Assembly: GCA_046046455.1 (NCBI GenBank)
Contig: JBJOJS010000095.1
Span: 1,995-65,994 of the forward strand
Source: Actinomycetota bacterium
GTDB lineage: Bacteria > Actinomycetota > Actinomycetes > S36-B12
Length of the DNA stretch: 64,000 nucleotides
Direction of reading: 5' to 3'
Below the pieces are notes generated by a model. The model was not told the origin of the DNA, searched no databases, and was given only the letters and a program-made list of their open reading frames with translations. Below are positions 1 to 8,419 of this stretch, piece after piece. The position numbers and the translations under genes were made by a program. The stretch's first letter is position 1. Every line of letters begins with the position of its first letter.

Positions 1-17
1 CGGCGTAGAGTCATTGC

Positions 18-467
18 ATGGCACGCACAGCCGACGACCTCATCGATGCGCGGGGCCCGCGCTTTGCCTCCGTGATCACCGCGGTCGTGCTCGGTGTCGC
101 CCTGATCGGCATCTACACGCCTGCCTTCCCCGTGCTCGTCGGCTTGCAGGCGCTGGTCTTCCTTGTCGGGGCGGCTCTCGGGGTGCGCCGCCAGCCCTAC
201 GTCGCCTTCTTCAGCTCCGTGCTTGCCCCACGCCTCGCACCGGCACCCCGGTGGCAGGACCCCACGGCGCCACGCATCGCGCAGGCCATCGCCCTCGTCC
301 TACTCGTCGTCGCACTAGTGGGATGGTTCTTCGGGGGGCTCACCGTTGCAGCTATCTGCGTCGCCGCCGCCTTCGTCGTCGCACTCACGCTCGCGCTGAC
401 CGGCTTCTGCATCGGCTGCCAGGGGTACGCCGTCTACCAGGACCTGAAGCGCTCAGCGTCCCCGTAG
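18..467 (+). CDS. DUF4395-like small integral membrane protein
   Basis: 149 aa, ATG at 18. Has a DARGPRF N-terminal motif, about 4 hydrophobic helices and a C-terminal GFCIGCQ motif. The family name is from memory. Followed by a strong hairpin. Confidence 0.55.
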   Translation: MARTADDLIDARGPRFASVITAVVLGVALIGIYTPAFPVLVGLQALVFLVGAALGVRRQPYVAFFSSVLAPRLAPAPRWQDPTAPRIAQAIALVLLVVALVGWFFGGLTVAAICVAAAFVVALTLALTGFCIGCQGYAVYQDLKRSASP

Positions 468-510
468 GGACTCACGAAGCCTCACCTCGAGACGGTCGCG
501 CTGAGGGAAA

Positions 511-548
511 GTCAGAGGGGACCGGCCTCACGGCCGGTCCCCTCTGAC
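511..548. terminator. Bidirectional hairpin terminator between convergent genes
   Basis: Perfect 17-bp stem GTCAGAGGGGACCGGCC / GGCCGGTCCCCTCTGAC with loop TCAC. Lies between the stop at 467 (+) and the stop at 564 (-). Confidence 0.6.
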
Positions 549-563
549 TGCTAGCCCCTGGAG

Positions 564-2207
564 CTATAGGGCCTTGATGTCATCGATCTTCATCAGATAC
601 AGCGCGCCACCCTCGACGACGAGGTTGTCGAACGCCGTGATCTGCTCCGGCGACATACCTACCACCAGGTCGGGTCGAGCCACGGAGGGCTTGGCGTGCA
701 CCTGGGCATCGAAGAGGAAGTAGCTCGCCTTGTCACCCGGCTCCGCGACCAGACTCGTGATGTCGACGATGCCGCTGGACTCCTCGTCGTTCGTCAGCTT
801 GCCGGGGGCACCGTTGCCGAAGAGCGACGGGTTGAACTGCGCCACGGTCGAGATCTTCTTGGTCGTGGTGTTGTAGGACACGATGCGGGCGATGTGATCG
901 TTGCCGCCCGGATCTTCCTGGATCATGATCGTGCCGTCCGGCGAGATCGACATGTTGTCGGGCTTATTGAGGTAGATCGACTCCTTGCCGTCGAGCACCA
1001 TCTCGATCGTTGCACCGGCCAGCGGCGTCTTGGCGTCGACGAAGGTGAGCTTCCAGAGTGCACCACCGTCGCGCTTGAAGTTGGTCGCCGGATCAGGGGT
1101 GGTGACGGCACCGGCGGACTCGGTCGTCACGAACCAGTAGACATTGGGGTTGCGCGGATCCCAGGCTCCGTCCTCGACGCGGGCGAGCACCGTGCCCACA
1201 CGGGCGGCAGCAGCGTTCTGGGCGTTGCCCGACTGGTCCCAGCCGACCGTGGCGAAGGTCGCCTTTGCGACCTTGCCCTTGCCGAACTGCGTGCGGAATG
1301 CGACGTCATTGGCAAGCGCGTTGCCCGTGTCATCCAGGATCTGCATCACGTAGTTCTTGCCGTTGGTGAAGCCGGCCTTGTCAGCCCAGGTGCCTGCGTC
1401 GGTCTTCTTGCCGACGTACATCCACAGCTGGCTGTCGGTAGCCGAACCATCCTCATTGCCCATGACCACCGTGGCGCGACCCGAGTTGGGGGCAGTCACG
1501 AGGTTCTCCCAGGCGGCAAGGCCCAGGCGCGGGAGTTGGAAGGCTTCCCCCGCCATGTTGACGGCGAAGGCGCGCGACTCGTCGCCACCCTCCTCGCCCG
1601 TGAGGTACACCGCACCGTCGTAGCCGTAGGTCTTGGTGACGATCTTCTTGCCGACCTTCTCCTTGACGGTGGTCAGCAGGGCCCCCGCGGGCACGAGGTC
1701 CGCTGAGCAGAATCGGTTGATGCCCACGGTGTGGTTGGGAGTCCCGTAGGAGTCGAGGACCTTGGCTCCCGCCGGAGAGGTGGCCGACGCGCCGTAGGAG
1801 TCCGTGGCGTAGTTCCACCAGTTGATCTTCTTGATCAGCTCTTCGCCCTTGGTCACCGTGCCGTCTGCGACGTCCACGGTGAGCTTGGACACGAAGGAGC
1901 CGGAGCCACCCCAGGCTCGCTTGTGATCCTTGGCGGGACCGGCCAGCGACAACTCGTGGTTGACGAGGACGGTGAGGGAGCCGTCCTTGTTCTTGTAGAC
2001 GCCCAGGCCGTCCGGCACACCGGGCAGGGTGAAGTTGCCAATGCGGTCACCGGCCGCGGCGAGCATGACGAGTGACACACCGGTGCCCTTCGCCTGAACG
2101 TACTCGGGCGCGGTGCTTCCCGCATACGTGGGCGTCGCCACGGCAGCGAGGCCGACCCCCGAGGCCGCAATGACAGCGGCCACCTTCAACGAGCGAAAAT
2201 GGGTCAC
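564..2207 (-). CDS. Secreted PhoX/DUF839-like beta-propeller phosphatase (putative)
   Basis: 547 aa. Sec-type signal MTHFRSLKVAAVIAASGVGLAAVATPTYAGS. The VLVNHELS and KPDNMSISPDGTIMIQEDPGGN motifs resemble the PhoX/DUF839 family as I recall it. GTG start preceded by an AGGGGA SD. Lies next to the pst genes. Confidence 0.5.
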   Translation of the reverse strand: MTHFRSLKVAAVIAASGVGLAAVATPTYAGSTAPEYVQAKGTGVSLVMLAAAGDRIGNFTLPGVPDGLGVYKNKDGSLTVLVNHELSLAGPAKDHKRAWGGSGSFVSKLTVDVADGTVTKGEELIKKINWWNYATDSYGASATSPAGAKVLDSYGTPNHTVGINRFCSADLVPAGALLTTVKEKVGKKIVTKTYGYDGAVYLTGEEGGDESRAFAVNMAGEAFQLPRLGLAAWENLVTAPNSGRATVVMGNEDGSATDSQLWMYVGKKTDAGTWADKAGFTNGKNYVMQILDDTGNALANDVAFRTQFGKGKVAKATFATVGWDQSGNAQNAAAARVGTVLARVEDGAWDPRNPNVYWFVTTESAGAVTTPDPATNFKRDGGALWKLTFVDAKTPLAGATIEMVLDGKESIYLNKPDNMSISPDGTIMIQEDPGGNDHIARIVSYNTTTKKISTVAQFNPSLFGNGAPGKLTNDEESSGIVDITSLVAEPGDKASYFLFDAQVHAKPSVARPDLVVGMSPEQITAFDNLVVEGGALYLMKIDDIKAL

Positions 2208-2329
2208 GTGATCCCCTAGTGAACGAAGGCCAACCTCCTTGGCTGACGCGGCAACCCTGGCCGCTGTGTCCTACGCGCAAGGGACTCTCACATGAACTTC
2301 AGCGGTCGCGTTTCTGAAGGTACAACTCC

Positions 2330-3790
2330 CTACGGCGGAGTAGGACGTGCTCTCAAGCCGGACAGTTTGCGCCCCGAAATCTCGTCCAGGGACTTGCCTG
2401 CCGGCTCGATCTTGAAGGCCTGCGTGATGATGAGTGCCAGGATGCAGATCCCCGCCATGCCGAAGACGAGGGCAGGGATGCCGATGGCCTCCTGGAGGAT
2501 CGGGAAGAAGAAGACGCCCAGGGCCGCCCCCAACTTGGCGGCGCCAGCCGCGAAACCGTGCCCCGCAGCCCGGATGTCCGAGGGGAAGATCTCCGCTGGC
2601 AGCGCGTATGTCGTCGCATTGGGACCGGCGTTCATGAAGAAGTTGAAAATCGCGAAGCCGAGGAAGACGAGCCCGAGATAGCCCGTGCCCTCGGGGCCCT
2701 GGAGTACCGACGACACCCCGAGGATGACGAGGCCGACAGCCATGAAGACGAAGCCGGTCGTCTGCAGGCGAATCCGACCCCATCGCTCCACGAGGAAGAT
2801 GGCGGCGGCGAAGCCGAGCACGAGGAAGATGTCGAGTACCGCGGTCCACTCGGTCGAAGCGATATCGTCCGCGATGAAGTTGGTGTTGGACTTGTCCTGA
2901 TTGCCGCCGAAGGCCAGCGCCGCGATCAGGGTGGGCGTGAAGATACCGACCCCATAGGTCGCGATGTCCATGAGGAACCACGGCACGGATGTGAAGATCG
3001 TGCGCCTGATCATGTCGGGCTTGAAGAGTTGAGGCTGCCAGAGCGCCTGGATCCCCTCCGATGACTGCTCTGCCTTCTCCCGATCCTTGTCCGTGATGAC
3101 CACCGGGACGTTCGTGAGCTCCTCGACGACCTTGATCGCCTCATCCTCGTGGCCATTCTGGGCGAGCCAACGCGGACTCTCCGGGACTCTTCGCCTGAGC
3201 AGGATGATGACCAGGGCGGGCACGATCCCGAAGCCGAGCATCCATCGCCATGACGTCTCGTAGGGCAGCAGGAGGAGCACACCCACACCCACCAGGGCGC
3301 CCAGGAGCATGCCCACCGCCTGCAGCGAGAACGCCGACACCAGCCAACGGCCGCGATTCTTCTGCGGAAGCACCTCGGCGAGATAGGACGCCGCGATCGG
3401 GTAGTCCAGCCCGATGGCAATGCCGAGCAGGAAGCGGAAGGCGATCAGCGACCAGGTGTCCCAGGCCACCATGCACCCGATGGAGAACACGACGAACATC
3501 CACAGGTCGTACTTGAAGATGCGGCGTCTGCCGAGCTTGTCTCCCAGCGGCCCGAGCACGGCCGCACCGAACATCGCTCCCACGATGGCTGCCGCGGAGA
3601 TGAGTCCCTTCTGCCACGCGTTGGCGCCGAGATCCTCGGAAATGAGGGGATTGGCCACGCCGATGATGAAGAAGTCGAACCCGTCGAGCATGATGCCAAG
3701 GCCGGCAAGGAGCCAGAACTTCTTATGCAGGCGCGTCATGCGCGCCTGGTCCAGCGCCTTGCCGAGGGGAATGGCCTGGGCATCACTCAC
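2330..3790 (-). CDS. MFS transporter, sugar-porter / PHS (Pho84)-like
   Basis: 486 aa, 12 TM-like segments. Has a GDKLGRRRIF loop, PESPRWL, and GIAIGLDYPIAASYLAE (the D-Y-P signature seen in PHS/YaaU-type members). Confidence 0.75.
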   Translation of the reverse strand: MSDAQAIPLGKALDQARMTRLHKKFWLLAGLGIMLDGFDFFIIGVANPLISEDLGANAWQKGLISAAAIVGAMFGAAVLGPLGDKLGRRRIFKYDLWMFVVFSIGCMVAWDTWSLIAFRFLLGIAIGLDYPIAASYLAEVLPQKNRGRWLVSAFSLQAVGMLLGALVGVGVLLLLPYETSWRWMLGFGIVPALVIILLRRRVPESPRWLAQNGHEDEAIKVVEELTNVPVVITDKDREKAEQSSEGIQALWQPQLFKPDMIRRTIFTSVPWFLMDIATYGVGIFTPTLIAALAFGGNQDKSNTNFIADDIASTEWTAVLDIFLVLGFAAAIFLVERWGRIRLQTTGFVFMAVGLVILGVSSVLQGPEGTGYLGLVFLGFAIFNFFMNAGPNATTYALPAEIFPSDIRAAGHGFAAGAAKLGAALGVFFFPILQEAIGIPALVFGMAGICILALIITQAFKIEPAGKSLDEISGRKLSGLRARPTPP

Positions 3791-3841
3791 GGCGACAACC
3801 TAGGAAGTCCCACCAGCATGTGGCTAGGCCTCACACCGAAC

Positions 3842-3868
3842 CTTCACCCTCGTCCCCGAATGTTCACC
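3842..3868. promoter_or_regulatory. Candidate PHO-box-like direct repeat (TTCACC x2)
   Basis: cTTCACC at about 3842 and gTTCACC at about 3862, in the 87-nt gap between the pstB stop and the MFS start. The core matches the Streptomyces PHO-box GTTCACC, but the 20-nt spacing is not a multiple of 11. Confidence 0.2.
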
Positions 3869-3877
3869 TACTGCGGA

Positions 3878-4696
3878 TCAGCCGAAGCGGCCGTTCACGT
3901 AATCGAAGGTGCGCGGGTCCTGCGGCTCACCAAACATCAGGTCGGTGGGGCCGTGCTCCACGATGTGGCCCGGCTGGCCATGCTCGGCAAGGAAGAAGGC
4001 ACACGTCTGCGACACGCGCTGGGCTTGCTGCATGTTGTGGGTCACGATGACGATGGTGACCTCCTCGCGCAACTCCCCGATCGTCTCCTCGATGCGCCTC
4101 GTCGACGTCGGGTCCAGAGCCGAACAGGGCTCGTCCATGAGGAGGACCTTGGGCTTGATTGCCAGCGACCGAGCGATGCACAGGCGCTGCTGCTGGCCGC
4201 CGGAGAGGCCGCCACCGGGTGCGCGCAGGCGGTCCTTGACCTCCTTCCAGAGGCCTGCCTTGGTGAGGCAGTGCTCGACCAGCTCATCCTTCTCGTCGCC
4301 GCTGGCGTGCACACCGTTGAGCTTGAGCCCCGCGATGACGTTGTCGTAGATGCTCATCGCCGGGAAGGGGTTGGGCTTCTGGAAGACCATGCCGATCTGC
4401 CTGCGGGCATCGGTGATGCGGACGTTGGGCGCGTAGATGTCCTCGCCGTCGAGCAGCACCTCCCCCGCGATACGGGCGCTCACCACGAGCTCGTGCATGC
4501 GGTTGAGGGACCGAAGGAAGGTGGACTTGCCGCAGCCGGAGGGCCCGATGAGAGCGGTGACCTCCCCCGCGGGCATGAGCAGTGAGACTCGATCCAGAAC
4601 CAGGTGCGTGCCGAACCAGCATGAGATGTCGATGGCGTGCAGCGAGAAGAGCTGGGGAGCCGCGGCCGTCGAGGTGTCGTCGATCGTCATCGTCAT
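3878..4696 (-). CDS. pstB: Phosphate ABC transporter ATP-binding protein PstB
   Basis: 272 aa. Walker [18 protein letters not shown] signature, and the PstB-typical [10 protein letters not shown] and [10 protein letters not shown] motifs. GGAAG SD 8 nt upstream. Confidence 0.95.
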   Translation of the reverse strand: MTMTIDDTSTAAAPQLFSLHAIDISCWFGTHLVLDRVSLLMPAGEVTALIGPSGCGKSTFLRSLNRMHELVVSARIAGEVLLDGEDIYAPNVRITDARRQIGMVFQKPNPFPAMSIYDNVIAGLKLNGVHASGDEKDELVEHCLTKAGLWKEVKDRLRAPGGGLSGGQQQRLCIARSLAIKPKVLLMDEPCSALDPTSTRRIEETIGELREEVTIVIVTHNMQQAQRVSQTCAFFLAEHGQPGHIVEHGPTDLMFGEPQDPRTFDYVNGRFG

Positions 4697-4709
4697 CGCA
4701 GTCTTCCGT

Positions 4710-5633
4710 TCAGAGGAGGTTGGGCAGGAGTCGGAGGGCGCTCATCGATGCCATGATCCCCGCGAAGAACACGATGGGGGCGGCCACGAGCCAGGCCTGC
4801 CACTTGCCCCAGCGGATGACCAGCCAGACGGTCGCCACCGCGACGACGAGGAGGAGTTGCAGCCACAGCAGCAGCGGCACCAGGCCGGCAGGGTCGCCGG
4901 CCATCGCCTGCTCCGCGGGATCGAGGGCGGCTGCGGTGATGACGCGAGGAGGCGCGGGCTGCGCGGGGGTCACCAGGTCGGCGTCGACGCGCAGCAGATC
5001 CGTGGGCATGAAGCGCGGCCCCATGGCCGTCACGAGCGTCAACCGACCCTGACCTGCCGCCACGGGCGCCGGCAGCGGATCACCGGGGCGACGAACCCCG
5101 ACGACGCGGTACTCCGCAGGGCCCTGACCCGTGGTGGCGACGATGGTCATGCCGGGCTGAAGGATCTCCAACTGCCCGAAGGGTCCACCGAAGGCTGCCT
5201 GCCGCCCGTAGATCACCGAGGTGCCGGGCTGGCCGGGGAGCACGGTGTCGCGCTTGTGCCCGGGACCGCTTTGGGTGACGGTCGAGGTCGTGCCCTCGAC
5301 CACGACCTCCTTCATCCCGAGGTCGGGGATCTCCAGGACGGCCACGGGGGCACCGGGTCGCAGGAGTGCGCCGTTGACATCGGTCTGACCCACCGGGGCA
5401 ATCGCGTTGGCAAGTTCGCTGCGGAAGTCGGAGTAGAGGACCTCCTGATCACGCGCATGCACGAGCTGGCTCACGATGAGCAGGTTGGCCAGGAAGCCCA
5501 GGCAGAGGATCGCGAACGCAAGCAGGACGCTGATCACAAGGAACTTCGGAGACTGCACTACAGACAGGGTCGAGTCGGCGCTGTCTGCCGATCCGGCTTC
5601 CACGACCTCAGGCTCGCGATCCATCACGCTCAT
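4710..5633 (-). CDS. Sortase-fold membrane protein lacking the catalytic His and Cys (pseudo-sortase)
   Basis: 307 aa with an N-terminal TM and 2 C-terminal TMs. The core [65 protein letters not shown] follows the class E sortase layout. It reads YGRQ where AGHR is expected and TLVTA where TLxTC is expected. Its ATGA start overlaps the upstream gene's stop. Confidence 0.6.
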   Translation of the reverse strand: MSVMDREPEVVEAGSADSADSTLSVVQSPKFLVISVLLAFAILCLGFLANLLIVSQLVHARDQEVLYSDFRSELANAIAPVGQTDVNGALLRPGAPVAVLEIPDLGMKEVVVEGTTSTVTQSGPGHKRDTVLPGQPGTSVIYGRQAAFGGPFGQLEILQPGMTIVATTGQGPAEYRVVGVRRPGDPLPAPVAAGQGRLTLVTAMGPRFMPTDLLRVDADLVTPAQPAPPRVITAAALDPAEQAMAGDPAGLVPLLLWLQLLLVVAVATVWLVIRWGKWQAWLVAAPIVFFAGIMASMSALRLLPNLL

Positions 5634-6517
5634 GATCCCACGCTCACCGATTCGTCGGACGAAATTTCATGGCGCCGTCCGCGCCAGTAGGCGTAGGCAG
5701 CACCGAGGATGAGAAGGGCACCCGCCACGAGCGCGATCATCCGCCATGACGAGTCCTCGGAGGTCGGTGACGCGCTCGAGGAGGACGTCCCCGTCAGTGC
5801 CACGGCGGTCGGGTCGCTGCCCGTCACTTCCTGAGCGGGCAGAGCGGCATCCTCGGCACCCGGATCTGCGGCGCCCGCACTGCCAGCTGCCTGACCACCC
5901 TCTCCTGAGCCGCTGCCCGACTGATCCCTCTCCTGACCCTGCGACCCAGCACCCGAGGACTCCTGGGCCGCATCGGATGTCGAGTCGGATCCCGCATCGC
6001 CAGGCACAGTCGCGGAAGACTCCTGGGCAGGGTCGGGAGTGGACACGAACTCCGCCACCGGCGTCGCGGCTGCCCCCAGAGCGACGTAGCTATCGCCCTT
6101 GATGCGCAGCGCACCCGTGAAGGTCTGCAGGTCCTGCAGGTCGAGGCGATTGCGACAGGCGAAGACGAGGTCGTAGGTGCCCTTAGGAGTGCTCACGCCA
6201 TGGGAGACGAAGAACTCCCGCAGGGTACGGGCCAGTGGCACCGCATGATGCCCCGGGTAGATCGCCGGCTCGAGTACAGCGAGCTCCGTGTTGCCGACGG
6301 CGTTGCCCGCCGTCACAGGATCGATGCCCGCGCCGCGGACAGCCACGACGAAGGTGACTCCCTGCGAGCACACACCCGAGGTCACGACGTCCATGGGGGT
6401 GTCCAAAGTGCCTTCGGCAGGGACGATCGCCAACGTCCCCTCACCCGCTGCGGACGCCGGCGAAGCCCAGGAGAGCACCGCGAAGCACGCGACCGCGGCC
6501 GCAACTGCCTTCCTCAT
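5630..6517 (-). CDS. Secreted protein: Cys-pair N-domain, acidic Ser/Gly stalk, C-terminal TM anchor
   Basis: 295 aa. Signal peptide ...SPASAAGEG, a roughly 100-aa low-complexity D/E/S/G/Q stalk, then WRMIALVAGALLILGAAYAYWRGRRHE. GAGGAG SD. The N-domain is paralogous to 6580..7377. Confidence 0.6.
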   Translation of the reverse strand: MRKAVAAAVACFAVLSWASPASAAGEGTLAIVPAEGTLDTPMDVVTSGVCSQGVTFVVAVRGAGIDPVTAGNAVGNTELAVLEPAIYPGHHAVPLARTLREFFVSHGVSTPKGTYDLVFACRNRLDLQDLQTFTGALRIKGDSYVALGAAATPVAEFVSTPDPAQESSATVPGDAGSDSTSDAAQESSGAGSQGQERDQSGSGSGEGGQAAGSAGAADPGAEDAALPAQEVTGSDPTAVALTGTSSSSASPTSEDSSWRMIALVAGALLILGAAYAYWRGRRHEISSDESVSVGS

Positions 6518-6535
6518 CCCGGCTCCTCGTGGTGC

Positions 6536-6572
6536 GAGTGGGACCGGGGCATGAGATGCCCCGGTCCCACTC
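6536..6572 (-). other. Intercistronic 17-bp perfect stem-loop inside the operon
   Basis: GAGTGGGACCGGGGCAT gag ATGCCCCGGTCCCACTC. It lies in the 62-nt gap between the stop at 6580 and the start at 6517. No T-tract follows, and the next gene's SD comes directly after it. Confidence 0.55.
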
Positions 6573-6579
6573 GGTGGAA

Positions 6580-7377
6580 CTACTTCTTGGCGATGGTGAC
6601 ACTCGCCGAAGCGGTGCCATCGGTATAGCCGTCCGCCTTGGCCGTGACCGTGACGGTGACCTTCTTACCCTTGTCAGCAGCCGCCACCTTGTAGGTGTTC
6701 TTGGTGCTGACGACCTTGGTGCCGACCTTCCACGAGTAGGCGTAGGAGGTGGGCGTGGTCGACCAGGTGCCATTGCTCACCTTGAGGGTCTGGCCTGCCT
6801 TGGCCGTGCCGGTGATCTTCGGCTTCGTGACGTTGGTGATCGGCGACGGCGCACCCTCCTTGAACGTGAGGGTGGCTCCGTCGATGATCGTCACCGTGGT
6901 CGAGAAGGACGAAATCGCCTTCGGGTCGAGCTTGGCGCGGCACTCCAGCGTGAGGGTGTAGGCCCCACTCGGAAGCTTGGCGTCCTTGTTCTCCGCCTTG
7001 ACCATGCTGAAGAGCTTGCTCAGCGGTGTGCGGATCGGCGAGGTCGACTCACCGGAGGACCCCGCGGCCGAGAGCGCCGTGTTGCCCACCATGTAGTTGA
7101 CGTCCTCGTACGTCGGCCCCGTGGAGCCTGGGCCGGGGACGGCGTACTGCACGCCCGCACCCGTCAGCTTGACCACGAAGTGCGTGGCCGAGGCATCGGA
7201 GCAGCCGGCCGAGGTGACGACGGATACCGGGTCAGCCCCGGTGCCCGACGACGGCTCGAGCTTCAGCGTGCCCGTGGTGCCCGCACTCGCCGCAGGGGCC
7301 ACGAGGGCCATGCCTGCGGCAGCGAGTGCGGTGGCAGCCAGGGCCGCTGCGCCCGCGCGCATGATTCGAATGCTCAT
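6580..7377 (-). CDS. Secreted protein: Cys-pair N-domain plus Ig-like C-terminal repeat (no anchor)
   Basis: 265 aa after trimming to the ATG at 7377 (AAGGAGAA SD). Signal ...VAPAASAGTTG. The N-domain aligns with 5630..6517. The C-terminal KITGTAKAGQTLKVSNGTWSTTPTSYAYSWKVG..VTVTAKADGY is a typical actinobacterial Ig-like surface repeat. Confidence 0.6.
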   Translation of the reverse strand: MSIRIMRAGAAALAATALAAAGMALVAPAASAGTTGTLKLEPSSGTGADPVSVVTSAGCSDASATHFVVKLTGAGVQYAVPGPGSTGPTYEDVNYMVGNTALSAAGSSGESTSPIRTPLSKLFSMVKAENKDAKLPSGAYTLTLECRAKLDPKAISSFSTTVTIIDGATLTFKEGAPSPITNVTKPKITGTAKAGQTLKVSNGTWSTTPTSYAYSWKVGTKVVSTKNTYKVAAADKGKKVTVTVTAKADGYTDGTASASVTIAKK

Positions 7378-7406
7378 GTCATTTTCTCCTTGGTCTGCGC
7401 GTCGGA

Positions 7407-8405
7407 TTAGCTGCGGCTCGAGGTGTCGCCGCAGGTGGTCGCCAGCACGCCGAAGCCCTGCTGAGCGATGACTGCGGACTGCTTGCACACCAGCGAGTCC
7501 TTGCCGACGAAGACCTGGTACTCCTTCGACGCGGTGTCGGTGACCTTCGTGGTCGGGACGACGTTGAAGACGTCGCGGCTGTAGACGCTCGAGGTGTTGA
7601 GCAGGGTGGGAGCCTGGTCGCCCAGGACACCCAGCACGCTCATGCCGCGACGATCGGGGGCAGCGCCTGTGGCCTGCGCCTGCCAGACGGCGATCGAGTA
7701 GGGCTGGATCTCGTTGGCCTTGAGCTGGCGACCGTCGTGCTCCTGCGTGTACTCAGCCCCGGTGCCGCCCGCCGACTTGGGCTTGAGGCAGGGGTAGGTG
7801 CCCGCGGTGATCTGGTCCTCGGTGATGCCGAAGCGACCGAGCCAGTAGGAGCGCGTGCCCGAGCCCGCCTGCGGGAGCACCGGCACGATGCTGGTGTTCT
7901 CGCACTTGTAGATCGAGGTGAGCTCGGCGACGCTGAGCGACTTCGGCACCGAACCGTCGGAGCGCACCGCGAAGGTCACAGCATCCTTGGCGAAGGGGAT
8001 CCAGGTGTAGCCGGTCGGAGACGAGGAGCTCTTCGCCGAGGACGACCGGGCGAACTGGATGCAGCCGTCGCCCGCCTTGACGCTGGCGTCGAGCACCTTG
8101 ACGCCGTTGCTGGAGCCGTTGGCCGCCGCACGGGTGAAGGTGCACTTGGCGTCGGCCTTGGTCTGGAAGGTCTCGGTCGTGCTCGAGCTCGCGTTGTAGG
8201 AGCCGATGACCTTGACGTCGTTGATCTTCACGACCTGCGACAGGGCCTGGACGAGGTCCATGGTCGTGTCCGAGCCGACACCGACGAGGTCGCGGTACTG
8301 GGGCGGACCATCCGGGTCTGCGGACGCGGTGGGGATGACGGCCAGCATGAGGCTGAGCGCGCCGGCGCCCGCCGCGGCCGCGATGAGTGCCTTCTTTGCG
8401 TTCAC
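7407..8405 (-). CDS. PstS-family (PBP-like 2) periplasmic-binding-domain protein, secreted, no lipobox
   Basis: 332 aa, GTG start with AAGGAAAGGGA SD. Sec signal ...IPTASADP. Motifs GVGSDTT, ANGSSNGV, FARSSS and PQAGSGTR correspond to PstS-type anion-binding loops. Confidence 0.65.
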   Translation of the reverse strand: MNAKKALIAAAAGAGALSLMLAVIPTASADPDGPPQYRDLVGVGSDTTMDLVQALSQVVKINDVKVIGSYNASSSTTETFQTKADAKCTFTRAAANGSSNGVKVLDASVKAGDGCIQFARSSSAKSSSSPTGYTWIPFAKDAVTFAVRSDGSVPKSLSVAELTSIYKCENTSIVPVLPQAGSGTRSYWLGRFGITEDQITAGTYPCLKPKSAGGTGAEYTQEHDGRQLKANEIQPYSIAVWQAQATGAAPDRRGMSVLGVLGDQAPTLLNTSSVYSRDVFNVVPTTKVTDTASKEYQVFVGKDSLVCKQSAVIAQQGFGVLATTCGDTSSRS

Positions 8406-8419
8406 TGTGTTCCCTTTCC

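Noticed and set aside
696-1706. 336-aa plus-strand ORF
   Set aside because: It is fully antisense to the PhoX-like gene. The translation is Arg/Gly/Asp/Val-rich with no motifs, a typical stop-poor antisense frame in GC-rich DNA.
2237-2243. Perfect AAGGAGG (minus strand) 30 nt upstream of the PhoX-like start, suggesting a longer ORF or a uORF
   Set aside because: No in-frame start follows at a workable distance. The track ORF already begins at the first possible start, and an AGGGGA SD sits 4 nt before the GTG at 2207.
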